Shown: piece by piece, positions 5,488 to 5,712 of the stretch
How positions within the stretch are numbered: position 1 is the stretch's first letter
Layout: every line of letters begins with the position of its first letter
Notes under the pieces: model-generated
Told to the model about the DNA's origin: nothing
Databases searched by the model: none
Seen by the model: only the letters and a program-made list of their open reading frames with translations
Translations under genes and position numbers: made by a program
IMG/VR virus record: IMGVR_UViG_2541047691_000020
Location: 1-5,712 of that record
Length of the DNA stretch: 5,712 nucleotides
Source: a virus
Taxonomy: Duplodnaviria; Heunggongvirae; Uroviricota; Caudoviricetes
Reading direction: 5' to 3' (one strand)

Positions 5488-5712
5488 TTAATGACCTGCT
5501 GCGCGGAGTTTTCCGTCAGGTTCACCGGCAAGAGTCAGTAATTGTCCCTGGTCTTCCTGCAGAATAGTCAGGCGACCACCGCGATTGACATACATCGGCG
5601 TTTCGGTGGTGTCTTCTTCGGAAATTTTCCCGCGGTTAGTCGGGCGAACATATGAGAGTTTGTGTTTGATTTTCACACGGTTCTCATCAAATGGTTCGAT
5701 TTCCAGGTTGAG
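5488..5712 (-). CDS. 3' end of an upstream phage CDS that continues beyond the right window edge (partial)
   Basis: The reading frame is open from the window edge (5712) to TAA at 5488-5490. The ORF-track start at 5676 is GTG with no convincing SD, and the internal ATG at 5595 also lacks an SD. A 65-nt AT-rich gap separates it from the yfdQ-like start. Confidence 0.45.
   Translation of the reverse strand, partial: LNLEIEPFDENRVKIKHKLSYVRPTNRGKISEEDTTETPMYVNRGGRLTILQEDQGQLLTLAGEPDGKLRAAGH

Overview
This window reads as the early-left accessory ('ea') arm of a lambdoid, KplE1/CPS-53-like enterobacterial prophage. Everything here is read by eye from the sequence and the ORF track; no searches were run. 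A tightly packed minus-strand operon runs from the right edge down to about 955, with genes joined by ATGA/GTGA/TGATG stop-start overlaps and Shine-Dalgarno sites. In transcription order it holds a partial upstream CDS, a YfdQ-like protein (274 aa), a YfdR-like HD-domain phosphohydrolase (178 aa), two small hypothetical proteins, an Ea22-like coiled-coil protein, an 87-aa hypothetical, a DUF551-type protein, a DEDDh 3'-5' exonuclease and a PrtN/excisionase-like DNA-binding protein. This operon converges on a strong hairpin terminator at 927-956. On the other side lies an opposite-strand, visibly AT-richer cassette: a 178-aa protein with GNAT-fold-like motifs, a 196-bp spacer carrying three perfect palindromes, and an untracked 57-aa ORF with a good SD. 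That cassette is the best candidate for an undescribed cargo module. I saw no rRNA, tRNA, CRISPR array, IS element or long tandem repeat. Several ORF-track starts are GTG-initiated extensions, and I moved them to downstream ATGs with better ribosome-binding sites.
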